NCBI GenBank assembly: GCA_004764695.1
Contig: SMSO01000032.1
Span: 4,372,483 to 4,436,482, forward strand
Length of the DNA: 64,000 nucleotides
Origin: Schizochytrium sp. TIO01
Lineage: Eukaryota; Protista; Bigyra: Labyrinthulomycetes
Reading direction: 5' to 3'
Under the pieces are notes generated by a model. It was not told the origin of the DNA and made no database searches. It saw only the letters and a program-made list of their open reading frames with translations. Both the position numbers and the translations under genes were made by a program. Shown here one piece after another: positions 35,207 to 45,646 of this stretch (positions within the stretch are counted from its first letter, which is position 1; every line of letters starts with the position of its first letter).

Positions 35207-36172
35207 TGGGGGCGGGGCTATTATTAAGATATAATGCGCAGTTCTCCTGCTTCTTTCCTCTGACAATTCACGCTGATACGACGGTTTTGAGATGCGTGGG
35301 AAAACGAATAAGCTCCAAGGTTCTCTGGCCCTTGCGGTTTCTCTTCTATCTGCCCCTTTAGTCTTGAACGTAGGTTGAGTGGTGCGTTGGTGCAAAGAAG
35401 AGCGACAACTCACAACTCACAAGAACCAACCAGACTGATGGTTAGGCTTTTGAGTTCCTCGCTTCCTTTGTCCACGGGTGAACTTGACCAGTTTCTTTGC
35501 GGGAGGTTCTGCAAACCTCATTAAGCTCTAGCTAGAGTGACTTTGTGTGCCGTTGCCAAATCTAACAATCACATTAACAGCTAAGGATACACAGAGTTGG
35601 AGTTGCAGAGACCCAGGTGTGTCGTCGCTGGTCACTCTCAAGTCTCTTGGGGTACTGCCTCTGTATTATATATAGTATAGTAACTAATACTGGATAAAGA
35701 AAGAGAACATGAGACGCAACCTAATTTAGCAAATAAATCAATTCATAGAAAAGAGAATGTCTTAAATATTTATTACCGTGACTATTAATTATTTTTTATA
35801 TCGCTATTGAATGTCAAGAGGGTTATTAGTAACAACAATAAGAAAAGTATAGTATTTTAGGATGTACAGGTGACCTATAAGGCCAACTCTTTATTATTAT
35901 GTTTTATGCATTGTTTTGATTTTATTATTATCATTATATATATTTGACTTTTGTTAGTAGGTACGTAGTACACTGATGTTTGGGTGGTGGTGGTGTCTTC
36001 TTTACCATTAGAACAGTTCTGGAGCAAAAGGACTTCTCCATCCTATATTTCTTCAAACTGCTTGACGCAGATCGAAGAGCAAGAGCAATACATAAAAAGC
36101 AAATACATAATCTTGAACTTCAATAAGCGTAGCTTCCACAGTCGTGACAGCAGTGCAGTTCGAGTTCGCGCA

Positions 36173-37420
36173 ATGTCCTCCACTGGCCTCACCATCGCTG
36201 CTGCCTGCTACGATGGCAGCCTTCACGGTTGGCAAGACGCCAAACTTGCGTTTGCATACCAGGCGCAATATGGTTGTGTGAAAGCCATGGCAGTAAGCGA
36301 TGTGACCTTATGCAAGGCCAACAAGCGAGGCTCGCGGGTCCTGCTGGCCATGGGTGGCTCTGACGAAGCAGTCCATACCTACGACCTTTCAGATAAGAAG
36401 GAGCTTGTGCAGCTCGAGGAACACGAGAACGACATCACCGCGCTTTGCTTTGTGGGAAATTCTTTCCTTCTCAGTGGCGGTGAGGATGGCAAGCTTTGCG
36501 TTTGGGATTGCAAGGACTGGTCTCTCATGACAATTCTCAAGGGTCACAAGCCTGGACCTGTGACTTCAATTGCTGTGCATCCAAGTGGCAAGGTGGCGCT
36601 CAGCACCTCAAGAGATAACTCGTTGCGTATGTGGAACCTTGAGAACGCCCGTCCTGCATCTCGAAACCGTCTTGACGGGTCTAAATCTCTCAGCCACGCT
36701 TGCTGGTCCATCTCCGGTGACACTTACGCTGTGGTTGCCGACGACCGCAAGGTCATGGTTTTCCGTATCACTGATGAATCGGGCAAACCGTTTCGCACTT
36801 TGGAGCCGTCCAGTCGCGTGAATGCTTTGACTCTTGCCACTCCGAACGGAGAGATTGTACTTGGACTTGAGGACGGACGTGTACTTGTCTACAATGCAGA
36901 TGCTAGTGAAGAGCCACTGGAGGTTCAGTGTGAAAAGCGTGTGCGGGCTTTGTACGCGGACCGTCCGGTAACTGCTGCAGCAGGTGATAAGCTTGACACT
37001 GTCTATGCTGGATTGTCAAATGGTGTCATCGAGAAGTGGACTGGGTTTGCTAGTGGAGCCCCTGAAAAAGACGAAGCTGGTACACTTCGTGCCGGCTCAA
37101 ACGCACATCTCACATGTATGGCTGCATGCAGCCTTGATGCCCAAGATGCAATTGCTTCCAGTGCCCCTTCGAGAAAGAAGGCTGTGAAGAAGTCAGAGAA
37201 GGCTACGAAGAAGGTGGCTCCTAAAAGCTCCTCAGGCGATGCATTGATTAATGAACAAAAATCAAACAATAAGAAACGGAAGCAGCCAACCTCAACTAAA
37301 AAGGAAGCTAAGGCGAGCTCTCCGTCACCACAGAAGCGTCAACGCCCTAACAAGAAACAAACACCACAAAACAAACCCCTGAACGGCAAAAAGTCTAGCA
37401 AGTCGCCGAAGAAGGCATAG
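36173..37420 (+). CDS. PAK1IP1: WD40 ribosome-biogenesis protein PAK1IP1/Mak11
   Basis: N-terminal IAAACYDGSLHGW, LAMGGSDEAVHTYD, LLSGGEDGKLCVWD and AVHPSGKVALSTSRDNSLRMWNL; Lys-rich C-terminal tail. ATG at 36173. Confidence 0.85.
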   Translation: MSSTGLTIAAACYDGSLHGWQDAKLAFAYQAQYGCVKAMAVSDVTLCKANKRGSRVLLAMGGSDEAVHTYDLSDKKELVQLEEHENDITALCFVGNSFLLSGGEDGKLCVWDCKDWSLMTILKGHKPGPVTSIAVHPSGKVALSTSRDNSLRMWNLENARPASRNRLDGSKSLSHACWSISGDTYAVVADDRKVMVFRITDESGKPFRTLEPSSRVNALTLATPNGEIVLGLEDGRVLVYNADASEEPLEVQCEKRVRALYADRPVTAAAGDKLDTVYAGLSNGVIEKWTGFASGAPEKDEAGTLRAGSNAHLTCMAACSLDAQDAIASSAPSRKKAVKKSEKATKKVAPKSSSGDALINEQKSNNKKRKQPTSTKKEAKASSPSPQKRQRPNKKQTPQNKPLNGKKSSKSPKKA

Positions 37421-38328
37421 ACAAAGATTGCGATTGTCTCACAAGGGTACGCACAATGTCCTTTTGACTCTGGCTCTTGTGCTTCTTTTGTTTGGATAGA
37501 ACACCTGTAATCAAGGTCTCTTTTAAGACAAACATATGAAAAAAACACGCACTCTCCTGGGTCGCGCTTGCTGAAGTGCTGAATGTTGTTCTGTCCTTGT
37601 TCTGTCTTAGCACAAGAAATCAGAAGATCATAATAATGCATCAGATTTCAATATAGTATTAGTATATAAGCTATGTGAGTTAGTTTTTACAAAATTTGCT
37701 TTTTTACCCAAACTCCGTTACTAATACTTCTGCTACTTGAAAATACTTCATCGTCATTATCTTATACTGCCTACTTATGGGATGGTAGAAAAGGGTGAAT
37801 ATTTCACTGGCATTGCACAATATCTCTCATTATTTTTTCTTGACTACAAATTAATAGAAATAAGAGTCTGTAAATTTCATCTTGGGGATGCAAATTGAGG
37901 AACATTAGAGAAGAGCGTTTTTAAAGTTCATGATTACAAGGGATAAGAAAACTAAACATATAGTAGATATTTTGTGGAACATGGGCCTAAATTGAACGAA
38001 GACAAACAAAATGAAGGGTTTTGAGTACGTTAAGGGATTGTTCATTTCAACAACCATACTTAACGCATGAAAGTACAAAGTAGTCACTTGAAAGGTTGAA
38101 TAGAGCATTTATATAACCCGAAACATTATATTTTGTAGAGACTGAGTTTTAGCTCACTGAGGCAGCGTTGTAAGTATCGAAGAGGTGCAACAACTAGGAT
38201 ACAAAGCAACAAAACCAGTAAGCAAGAATGTCCTCTCAGTCTTGCTAGTAGAAAGACAAGTCGCTGGTCGAATAAGCATATCCATTTCACATGTTGTGAA
38301 AGAGGTAGAACCTTGGACTTGCTCCAAT

Positions 38329-40653
38329 TTAGTTCATGGTAACTTGGGACATCTTACGGAGCAGTTTTGGGTCATCAATACGGTATTTATCCATAAATGC
38401 ATCAAGACCAGGCTTATTTCGTGGAATATGCGATGCCTTGAGACGCTCCATGCGTTTATTCTGTAAGAATGAAATAAGCAAACAGTCAACACAGATGTCA
38501 TATGCCGAAAGCACCTCTGCAGCTGCAAACCATGCGAGGAACATAGACATGGCAATTGGCGTAACCTTACTATAGAGCTGGAGATCACCACCGAGCTCGT
38601 ATTCCGCTGAATCTATCCAAATCCAGCAAGTCAGACCGGCAATAATAGTGATGAGAATTTGCCCAAATCGCTGAATCAAATCTCCAAGAAAAGTCACCAG
38701 AGCAATTTGAGCGATATTGCTTGCCATAGTTTTAAATGCCATTTTTGTTGCTGTACAGAATGGTTCACCATACATAGCAGTGTAGATGTACGAATATCTA
38801 GTTACGTACTCGACACATCGTTGAACGCAGTAAAGAAAGGCTTGTACAGCGCAGAAGACAATTCGAATCACTCGATTGTCCTTGCCCAAGGCTTGCAAAC
38901 GACGCTGGACATAAGCTGCTAGGTATCGAACAAATGTTACTATTGCCATAATAATCGAAGCAAAAGCTACTGTTCCGAGGTGATAGCGAATTGTTGTATA
39001 AAAGGAGCGCAAAATTGGAATGTGGGTACGCCCTTCACCTCCAAAATCGACTTTGTCATGCCAAAACCATTGCAAAACTGCACCCGCAATGGTCATTGTG
39101 TTAACACCACTCACAAAACTAAGAATCCAAAAGAGTCCAAACAGCATATACGCTAAGACCAGATTCTTATACGAGAAACTGTCTTGAAACACACTGACTT
39201 CGGAGATAACACTTTCAGGATCATAAGACACGGTAGTGTTTAAGTAGGAAATTGAGAATGAGCCAGCAGAGGCAATATATGCTGTAGCGATACCCCAAGC
39301 CATTGCTACAGCGAAAATGACCCCCATACTGATGAAAGGAAGTACCACTAGAAGCATATTTTGCCGAATCGCTTTTGAAGCTTCCTGGAAAATCTCAATT
39401 GCTCTCGCGATACGTTCTAAGAGACTCACAATTATAATAAAAAGAAGAATTGTGAAGACTGTCGCCGCGTAGGCCATATAGCGATATTCTGTGGAGTAGT
39501 CAAGGCTCTCTGAAAGAGAGTCCGGGAGCGATGATGAGTTGAATGTAGAGATAGTGACGGAAGAATTCGAATCTGAGTCGAGAATGTCACTGCCGATAGC
39601 ATCCGCGACATCCTCAAGAAGGCTTGCAGCTTCACTTGAGATGCTCTCAAGGAGACTCCCTGTAATGACTCCAGCTTTAAAATAACAATACACTGTAAAA
39701 CTAGTGCTTGCGAGAAGTGATAGGAAAACAACAATCCAAACCATGAACCCAACACAGCAGAAAAGAGAGAAGATATAGAGCAAGCCGACCAAGACAGAAA
39801 CGCCCAATCCTGATGCTAAAATTGGTTTGTACGCACGAACAAGATCGCCACAGTACCGCTGAATGGTGACTCTGATGGTATTAAAAGAATCATACAATAC
39901 ATTCGATGCAGTTGGTTGTTCTCGAGTTACCTTAGTCACCTCACGATATGCCACACAGTATGATTCAATGTTGTTGTAGGTGTCAGATATATTGATATAC
40001 TTGGTGCAAGTAGATTCGGGTAAGGTTTCGACCTCGTAAACATACTCAGGTAAACAACGAAAGAACACCGACGTAGTGTCAAATAGAGTCTGAAAACATC
40101 CTGAGTGAATTGTTGAGTTGAGACAGCTATCTCCAAATGGGATTGTGCTGTACCAGTTATTCACACAGTCGTTGATAATCGTATCTCGCTCGTAATTTGT
40201 CAAGAACATTTGTTCCTGAACTGCTTCTTCAGCTTCAGATGTACAAACGAAATCGCCAGCTGATGGGCAGGTCGATTGACAGATTCCAAAAAAGTTTAGA
40301 TCATCGAGTGAGACATCCCCATCCAAGTAGCCTGACAAGACGACATCTTCTTCCACACGAGGGTATGTGATGTATCGAGCATTAGGGTGTTTATCGCCTC
40401 CACAAAGCTCACCCTTATAATTGTATCCATACAGCAAGCGATAGGGGTTACCCTGCTTGAGTCCGACAGCGGTGAGGGCAATCATTCCGAGCACATAACT
40501 AAGAAAGAGCAACAGGCAGAAACGGTCCGTACAATGGCGGTCATCAACCGGAATCATATCCTCATCCTCCTTTTTGGTTAGTGGGTAGTCTTCCGCCATC
40601 GGCACATCTCGGTCCTCATCGTAAGGCAACACGGGATCATCTCGCCTAGGCAT
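38329..40653 (-). CDS. Choline transporter-like protein (CTL/SLC44/Pns1 family)
   Basis: DRHCTDRFCLLLF, GNPYRLLYGYNYKGELCG, a Cys-rich extracellular loop, about 10 hydrophobic segments, RYHLGTVAFAS, YIYTAMYGEPFCTA and YDICVDCLLISF. Confidence 0.92.
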   Translation of the reverse strand: MPRRDDPVLPYDEDRDVPMAEDYPLTKKEDEDMIPVDDRHCTDRFCLLLFLSYVLGMIALTAVGLKQGNPYRLLYGYNYKGELCGGDKHPNARYITYPRVEEDVVLSGYLDGDVSLDDLNFFGICQSTCPSAGDFVCTSEAEEAVQEQMFLTNYERDTIINDCVNNWYSTIPFGDSCLNSTIHSGCFQTLFDTTSVFFRCLPEYVYEVETLPESTCTKYINISDTYNNIESYCVAYREVTKVTREQPTASNVLYDSFNTIRVTIQRYCGDLVRAYKPILASGLGVSVLVGLLYIFSLFCCVGFMVWIVVFLSLLASTSFTVYCYFKAGVITGSLLESISSEAASLLEDVADAIGSDILDSDSNSSVTISTFNSSSLPDSLSESLDYSTEYRYMAYAATVFTILLFIIIVSLLERIARAIEIFQEASKAIRQNMLLVVLPFISMGVIFAVAMAWGIATAYIASAGSFSISYLNTTVSYDPESVISEVSVFQDSFSYKNLVLAYMLFGLFWILSFVSGVNTMTIAGAVLQWFWHDKVDFGGEGRTHIPILRSFYTTIRYHLGTVAFASIIMAIVTFVRYLAAYVQRRLQALGKDNRVIRIVFCAVQAFLYCVQRCVEYVTRYSYIYTAMYGEPFCTATKMAFKTMASNIAQIALVTFLGDLIQRFGQILITIIAGLTCWIWIDSAEYELGGDLQLYSKVTPIAMSMFLAWFAAAEVLSAYDICVDCLLISFLQNKRMERLKASHIPRNKPGLDAFMDKYRIDDPKLLRKMSQVTMN

Positions 40654-43600
40654 GATTTGCAGTTCTCGTCCACCAAGTCCGGGTTGCCGATTTGCCTACC
40701 CAGTGGTGGCGTGCGTACAGATTCTGGCAAGTACTACTAATCTACAAGGAGCGAGTATTCGGTGAACTCAACGAGCGCGTGAACGAGGAAGTTGGCAATC
40801 GAGTGCGAACGGGGGAAGAGAGAAGCAGCGCTGTCAGCAAATCGGCAGCGCTGACAGACTAAGCGCTCGGCACTGCTTAAGTTGCAAGTCTGCTACCTGC
40901 TAGCTCTCCTGCGTGGCCGAATCGCCCAATTAGAACACAACTTTGTACAAACTTTCCGCAAAGTTTACTTTGGCCAAGCGGCTAAGAGTAACTAGATAGG
41001 TAAGTGTGTGCCAAAACCATCTGCAAGTGCTGCTAGGACACTAGTAGCACTAACTATCTGCTAGAGTTGAAATACACCTTTTGTTACACCCGCTATGTCC
41101 CCTTTCTCACTACTCTTTCCCATCCCAACTAATATGTATTGCTATTAGCTACCTGCTTTCAAGTTGAGCTTACCCAAACGCACTCGAAAGTGATGACCGA
41201 AGGCCGCCCGACCTTACTAAGATTCTCTACTGAGGTACTGCGGTTATTCAAAGGGTCTCTTTCGAAAAGAAAGCCCCATTTATTATTTCTCTTTTGCCCG
41301 AGATCCAGCGCACGAAAAGCTGAGTATTGCAGTGGTCACCATGAAGATCACCACGCGTGGCTTGCACACAACCAAAATTTGGTAGCAGCAACTTGTGCAC
41401 ACCCCCCCCCCTTCATACAAACTCTATATAAACAGTAATAGATGGTAGCAACGTGGGAGGAATTGAAGTAGTAGGTACCTACCTATAAACTTAGCCAGGC
41501 AACTCAAATAGATCCTGAATGGCCCACCGGGTGTACTTGTAAACCTTTGCTTCTTTTTCAATCTTGTTTTTTTGAAGTGGGAGTACATCGCAGCTATTTT
41601 CTGGGAATGAGCAGGGATGGCTCTAGCCTATGGAGGCGCAGTGGCAGGAAGAACGAAGAAAACACCATGCAACAAGGCAATTGAACAACGCTTAGACCAT
41701 GTTGGGCAATTTTACTCTTTGATGAGAGTAGTAAGTAGGTATGATAACTCCAGTATCCCATTCTCACTAGTTAGATCAGAGGTAATCATCAGTTAAAGTA
41801 AACAACTTTGAGGCCACAATAATCACTGATTGCCAGCATCATTTCACTCTGGATGTTTCGTTCATTAACTTGCTGGCCAAAGCCGTAGTAAAATGCGTGA
41901 GGCGACAATGTGTTTGCAATATTAAGTTCTTTTTAACCTTATTTATTTATTTATTTATTTTCCAAATGGCAAAATTCGTGAGGGAGGGTAGGTACTATTA
42001 CTTTGCTCGTGAAACATTGAATTAGCAAGAACAAGATTATAGTAGCTGAGCTAGGCTTCTTAATTTCAAATCAGTATGCTCTTTCACTTGTCAGAGAAAC
42101 TTTTTTCACTCATTGTACTAGATTAAATAGTCTGGTATACGCACTGACGAATAATGTGGGTTTAAATGAGCTTGGTATTAGTTGAAGTGGGTGTGTGCCA
42201 GCTGATGAATACTTGTGAAAAGCTCGGCGTATCTTCGAATTTCTTGAGATTCATAGGCTTACTCCGCTAAAAGTTTGGATTATGTAGGCCGGTCAAATCA
42301 ACCCACATGCCAATTTAGTACACAAAACGAAAGGCTCTTTAGATATGCACGCAATCACTATCCCGATGGAACAAAATTGAACAAAGAACTCAGCGTGAAT
42401 TTCGCTCCCAAGTAAAGAATGCCAAATTGAATCTACTGACTCTTATATCTCTAGCGCTTGAAAGCTTTCGCAAAAAAAAAAGGGAAGACTCTTTTTCAAG
42501 TTAACCTCCCGCTGGGATTGTTCATGGAGATCCCACTTTACTATATAGTAAATCCCACTATCAAGCTAGTAGTCAGATACATCGAAAAAATATCTGCAAG
42601 AAAAGATCAATTTGGAAGCCAAATGTCTTTTTCTTTTAATGAATGCTTTGACTCTCTTACAATCTAGCAACCACTCTAAGCTCCTTCAACAGGACTCATC
42701 TTGTATGAGTCTTCTAAGTTGTTTCTTGATACTAATGAGCATAAGCAAAAAGCTTCTTTCCGAAATGGCGCGGAGCTTTAGGCTAGACCATTCCTTAAAC
42801 CTAGGTTTCGCCCACGGATCTTCGGGGGTAGTAGTGTACAGTACAGGTGTTCATATAGTATTTTTTTTGTCGCATTATTCTGAACCTTGATCAATGTCAC
42901 CAGATATGAAAGGCTTTGCAAATCATTTTGCCTGATGTGCTTTGAATACTTGGGCTGGGCATTGTCGGTCATATCAAAACTCATGTTGTCGCCTGTCAAA
43001 GTGCTTCAGGATCACTGCAGAAGGAGAAATCGGCATTCCTTCTAAATAAAATACATATACATTAAAGAGCATTTGTCCAACATATGTTCCATTCTAGTGC
43101 TTGTGAAACTTCTATAATGCTGAATCGCAACAAGACCTTGTCAGGCGCATTATTATACGTTTGAACACGGTTCATCACTGTTCAAAAGAGTGAGGTGTGT
43201 TAGCGAATGTACCTCCAAGTGTCCTGAAGCTCCAAACATGATATGAAGATGTCTCACACAATAATTTCCAAGTCGATATTGGTAAAATATGATTAAGCAC
43301 ACTCAAATACATGGAAATGCTAGCGCACTATGAACTTTGGTAAAACATCCGTTTCCTTGTTTTTGAGTTACCCCAGTGCGTATTCAAATATTATAACTGA
43401 AGGTATATATATATATAACAGTTCTTGTGCAGAAGCAATTTTTCACTTCGCTGCAGATTAAAATGACAGGAAACAATCATTACTAGTATAACATCGATCT
43501 TTTAAAGGAAGGGGGGAAGGGGCAAGGATAGTTCGATCAATCTTGGACCAACAATCGCTTACTCAGAGAGTATGCCAGGTAGATTGTGCCAAAATGAATA

Positions 43601-44872
43601 AACCTGTATTGCTCACGTTTGATAATATGTCTTCTTGTTTGTGAGTCGGTAAACTTCCGAATGTCATAGTGACACGAGCGTATCGATCAGTAGCTGGAAG
43701 CGACTTCTCTACCCAAAATCATGTGGGGAGGAATAACTTTTGGTTGAAAAAAGCGAACCAAGGGAAACAAGTCATGGCGAGTGGCAAGTGGTTGCTGTAG
43801 AACTGAGTGTTCTTTAAACTGCTTTCAAGGCTGCTATCGACCCGTGTCAAGCAGAAAATTCTCAATTGGTCAAACATTTATTACATATATCATTTTATAT
43901 ATGTTCTAGCTAGTTTTTTCAGGTATTGGCTATGCATATTTTATAGTACAAGCCCTGCACAGGACTACGTAGCTTTAAATAAAAATAAAAATAATAAGAA
44001 TAAAAAACTAATTTAAAACAAGGATGCATATATATATATATATGATAATAGGTAGTGGAATAATAAGAGTGTCTTGCGATTCATGAGCAGAACCCTTTTC
44101 TTCTCAGGAACAAACACTCAGCCAGACAATATTAGCCATAATGAATGTAACGTTACGGCTTGAAGCTACAGTATGAAATTAATCCATAGTTGCACATATT
44201 GCTCAAGGAACTCATGTTAGTTCACTTATTATAATGGTATTAAAGAATAGGATTTTTTCTTTTTTACGCTAGTAAGATCCTTCTTCCTATTGTTATTACT
44301 ATTTGCTATTTAATATAAGAAAATAAGTAACCTCCATTTCATAGTTACGGTTGAAACTCAACGGACGTCCTGGGGTTAGCGAAGGCAATTAATCATAATA
44401 AAGTAACGAATCCCATTAGCGGCTCTTGTATTCATAATTGTCTAGGCCATCCCTGAGACAAATGAAACTAAGAAAGTAAGGATGATATAAAAGACAAAAC
44501 TCTGAGCAACGGTTAGCTTTTTTATCGTTGAATACATATGTGCACTATTAAGGACCGCTAGTTTTCAAACAGCTAGTTTGCACATAATTCTATAAGCAGA
44601 GGCACGTTGAATCGGCACACGTATAGATAAGACTCATGGTAATCAACCAACTTTATTGAGGAATATATAAACGGGCAAGTACATGGTTATCTGAATTTGA
44701 GAAATGCAAACAGGCTTCAAAGTGAGCAAACTCATATTGCGATCTACGCCACGCATCTTTTGGCGTTGAGCGCCCCGACAGTTTTCTTGTGCGTGCTTTA
44801 CGAAGAAGCAAGCAAGCAAATCCTCTTTCTATCTACTCTCCAGTAACAATACAAGCAGGTTGTTCCTTGACC

Positions 44873-45646
44873 ATGCAGTACGGCGCTCTTCTCGTGGCCG
44901 CTTTGGCCTTCTTGCTTGCAGGTAGCTCAGAGGCAGCCTGCCCAAACTCTTGTTCTGGCCATGGTCGCTGCTCAAACTATGCTGCAACATTCTCAACAGC
45001 ACCGACTAACCCATACACGCCAGCAACTACTACAACTTATGGCTATAATCAATTGATCGCCAAGAAGGATTCGTGCACTTGCTTTTTCCGTAAAGAAGAT
45101 GGTGTTGACATTTATGATTACACTGCCCCTGATTGCTCACTGAAGACCTGCCCAAGTGGTCCTGCTATTGGCGCCATCCCTTACACTGATAATAGCCATC
45201 AGCAAGTTATCGAGTGCTCTGGTGCAGGTGTTTGCGATCGTTCCACTGGCGAATGCACTTGTGAGACTGGATTTACGGGTAAGAATTGTGGTCGCCGTTC
45301 TTGCCCTAATGACTGCAATGGCCATGGTAAGTGCATGCTTATCAAGGACATCGTTGAGACAGTGGCAGAACTCGACTCCTCCTTCGAGTACTCGACCTCA
45401 CTCCTTACTTACACAGCGTTCGACAAGGATACCAGTGCTGGCTGTCTCTGTGATGCTGGCTTCTTTGGCCCCGATTGTTCATTGCACGAGTGCCCCACTG
45501 ACACTGATCCCATGGATGGCTACGGTTCTGAGTCTGGCCGAGAGTGCTCGGGTCGTGGTGAATGTGACTTTGACACTGGTGCATGCTCGTGCTACACTGG
45601 TTACTTTGGTACAGCCTGTGAGGTCCAGCGTGTCAACTTCTCCTAA
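44873..45646 (+). CDS. Secreted EGF/tenascin-repeat protein, Sig/Ocm-type tubular mastigoneme (flagellar hair) protein candidate, 257 aa
   Basis: Signal peptide MQYGALLVAALAFLLAGSSEA. CPNSCSGHGRC, DCSLKTCPSG, ECSGAGVCDRSTGECTCETGFTGKNC, CPNDCNGHGKC, DCSLHECP-x-x-x-DP and ECSGRGECD...CSCYTGYFGTAC match the layout of stramenopile Sig/Ocm/Mas proteins. Confidence 0.8.
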   Translation: MQYGALLVAALAFLLAGSSEAACPNSCSGHGRCSNYAATFSTAPTNPYTPATTTTYGYNQLIAKKDSCTCFFRKEDGVDIYDYTAPDCSLKTCPSGPAIGAIPYTDNSHQQVIECSGAGVCDRSTGECTCETGFTGKNCGRRSCPNDCNGHGKCMLIKDIVETVAELDSSFEYSTSLLTYTAFDKDTSAGCLCDAGFFGPDCSLHECPTDTDPMDGYGSESGRECSGRGECDFDTGACSCYTGYFGTACEVQRVNFS

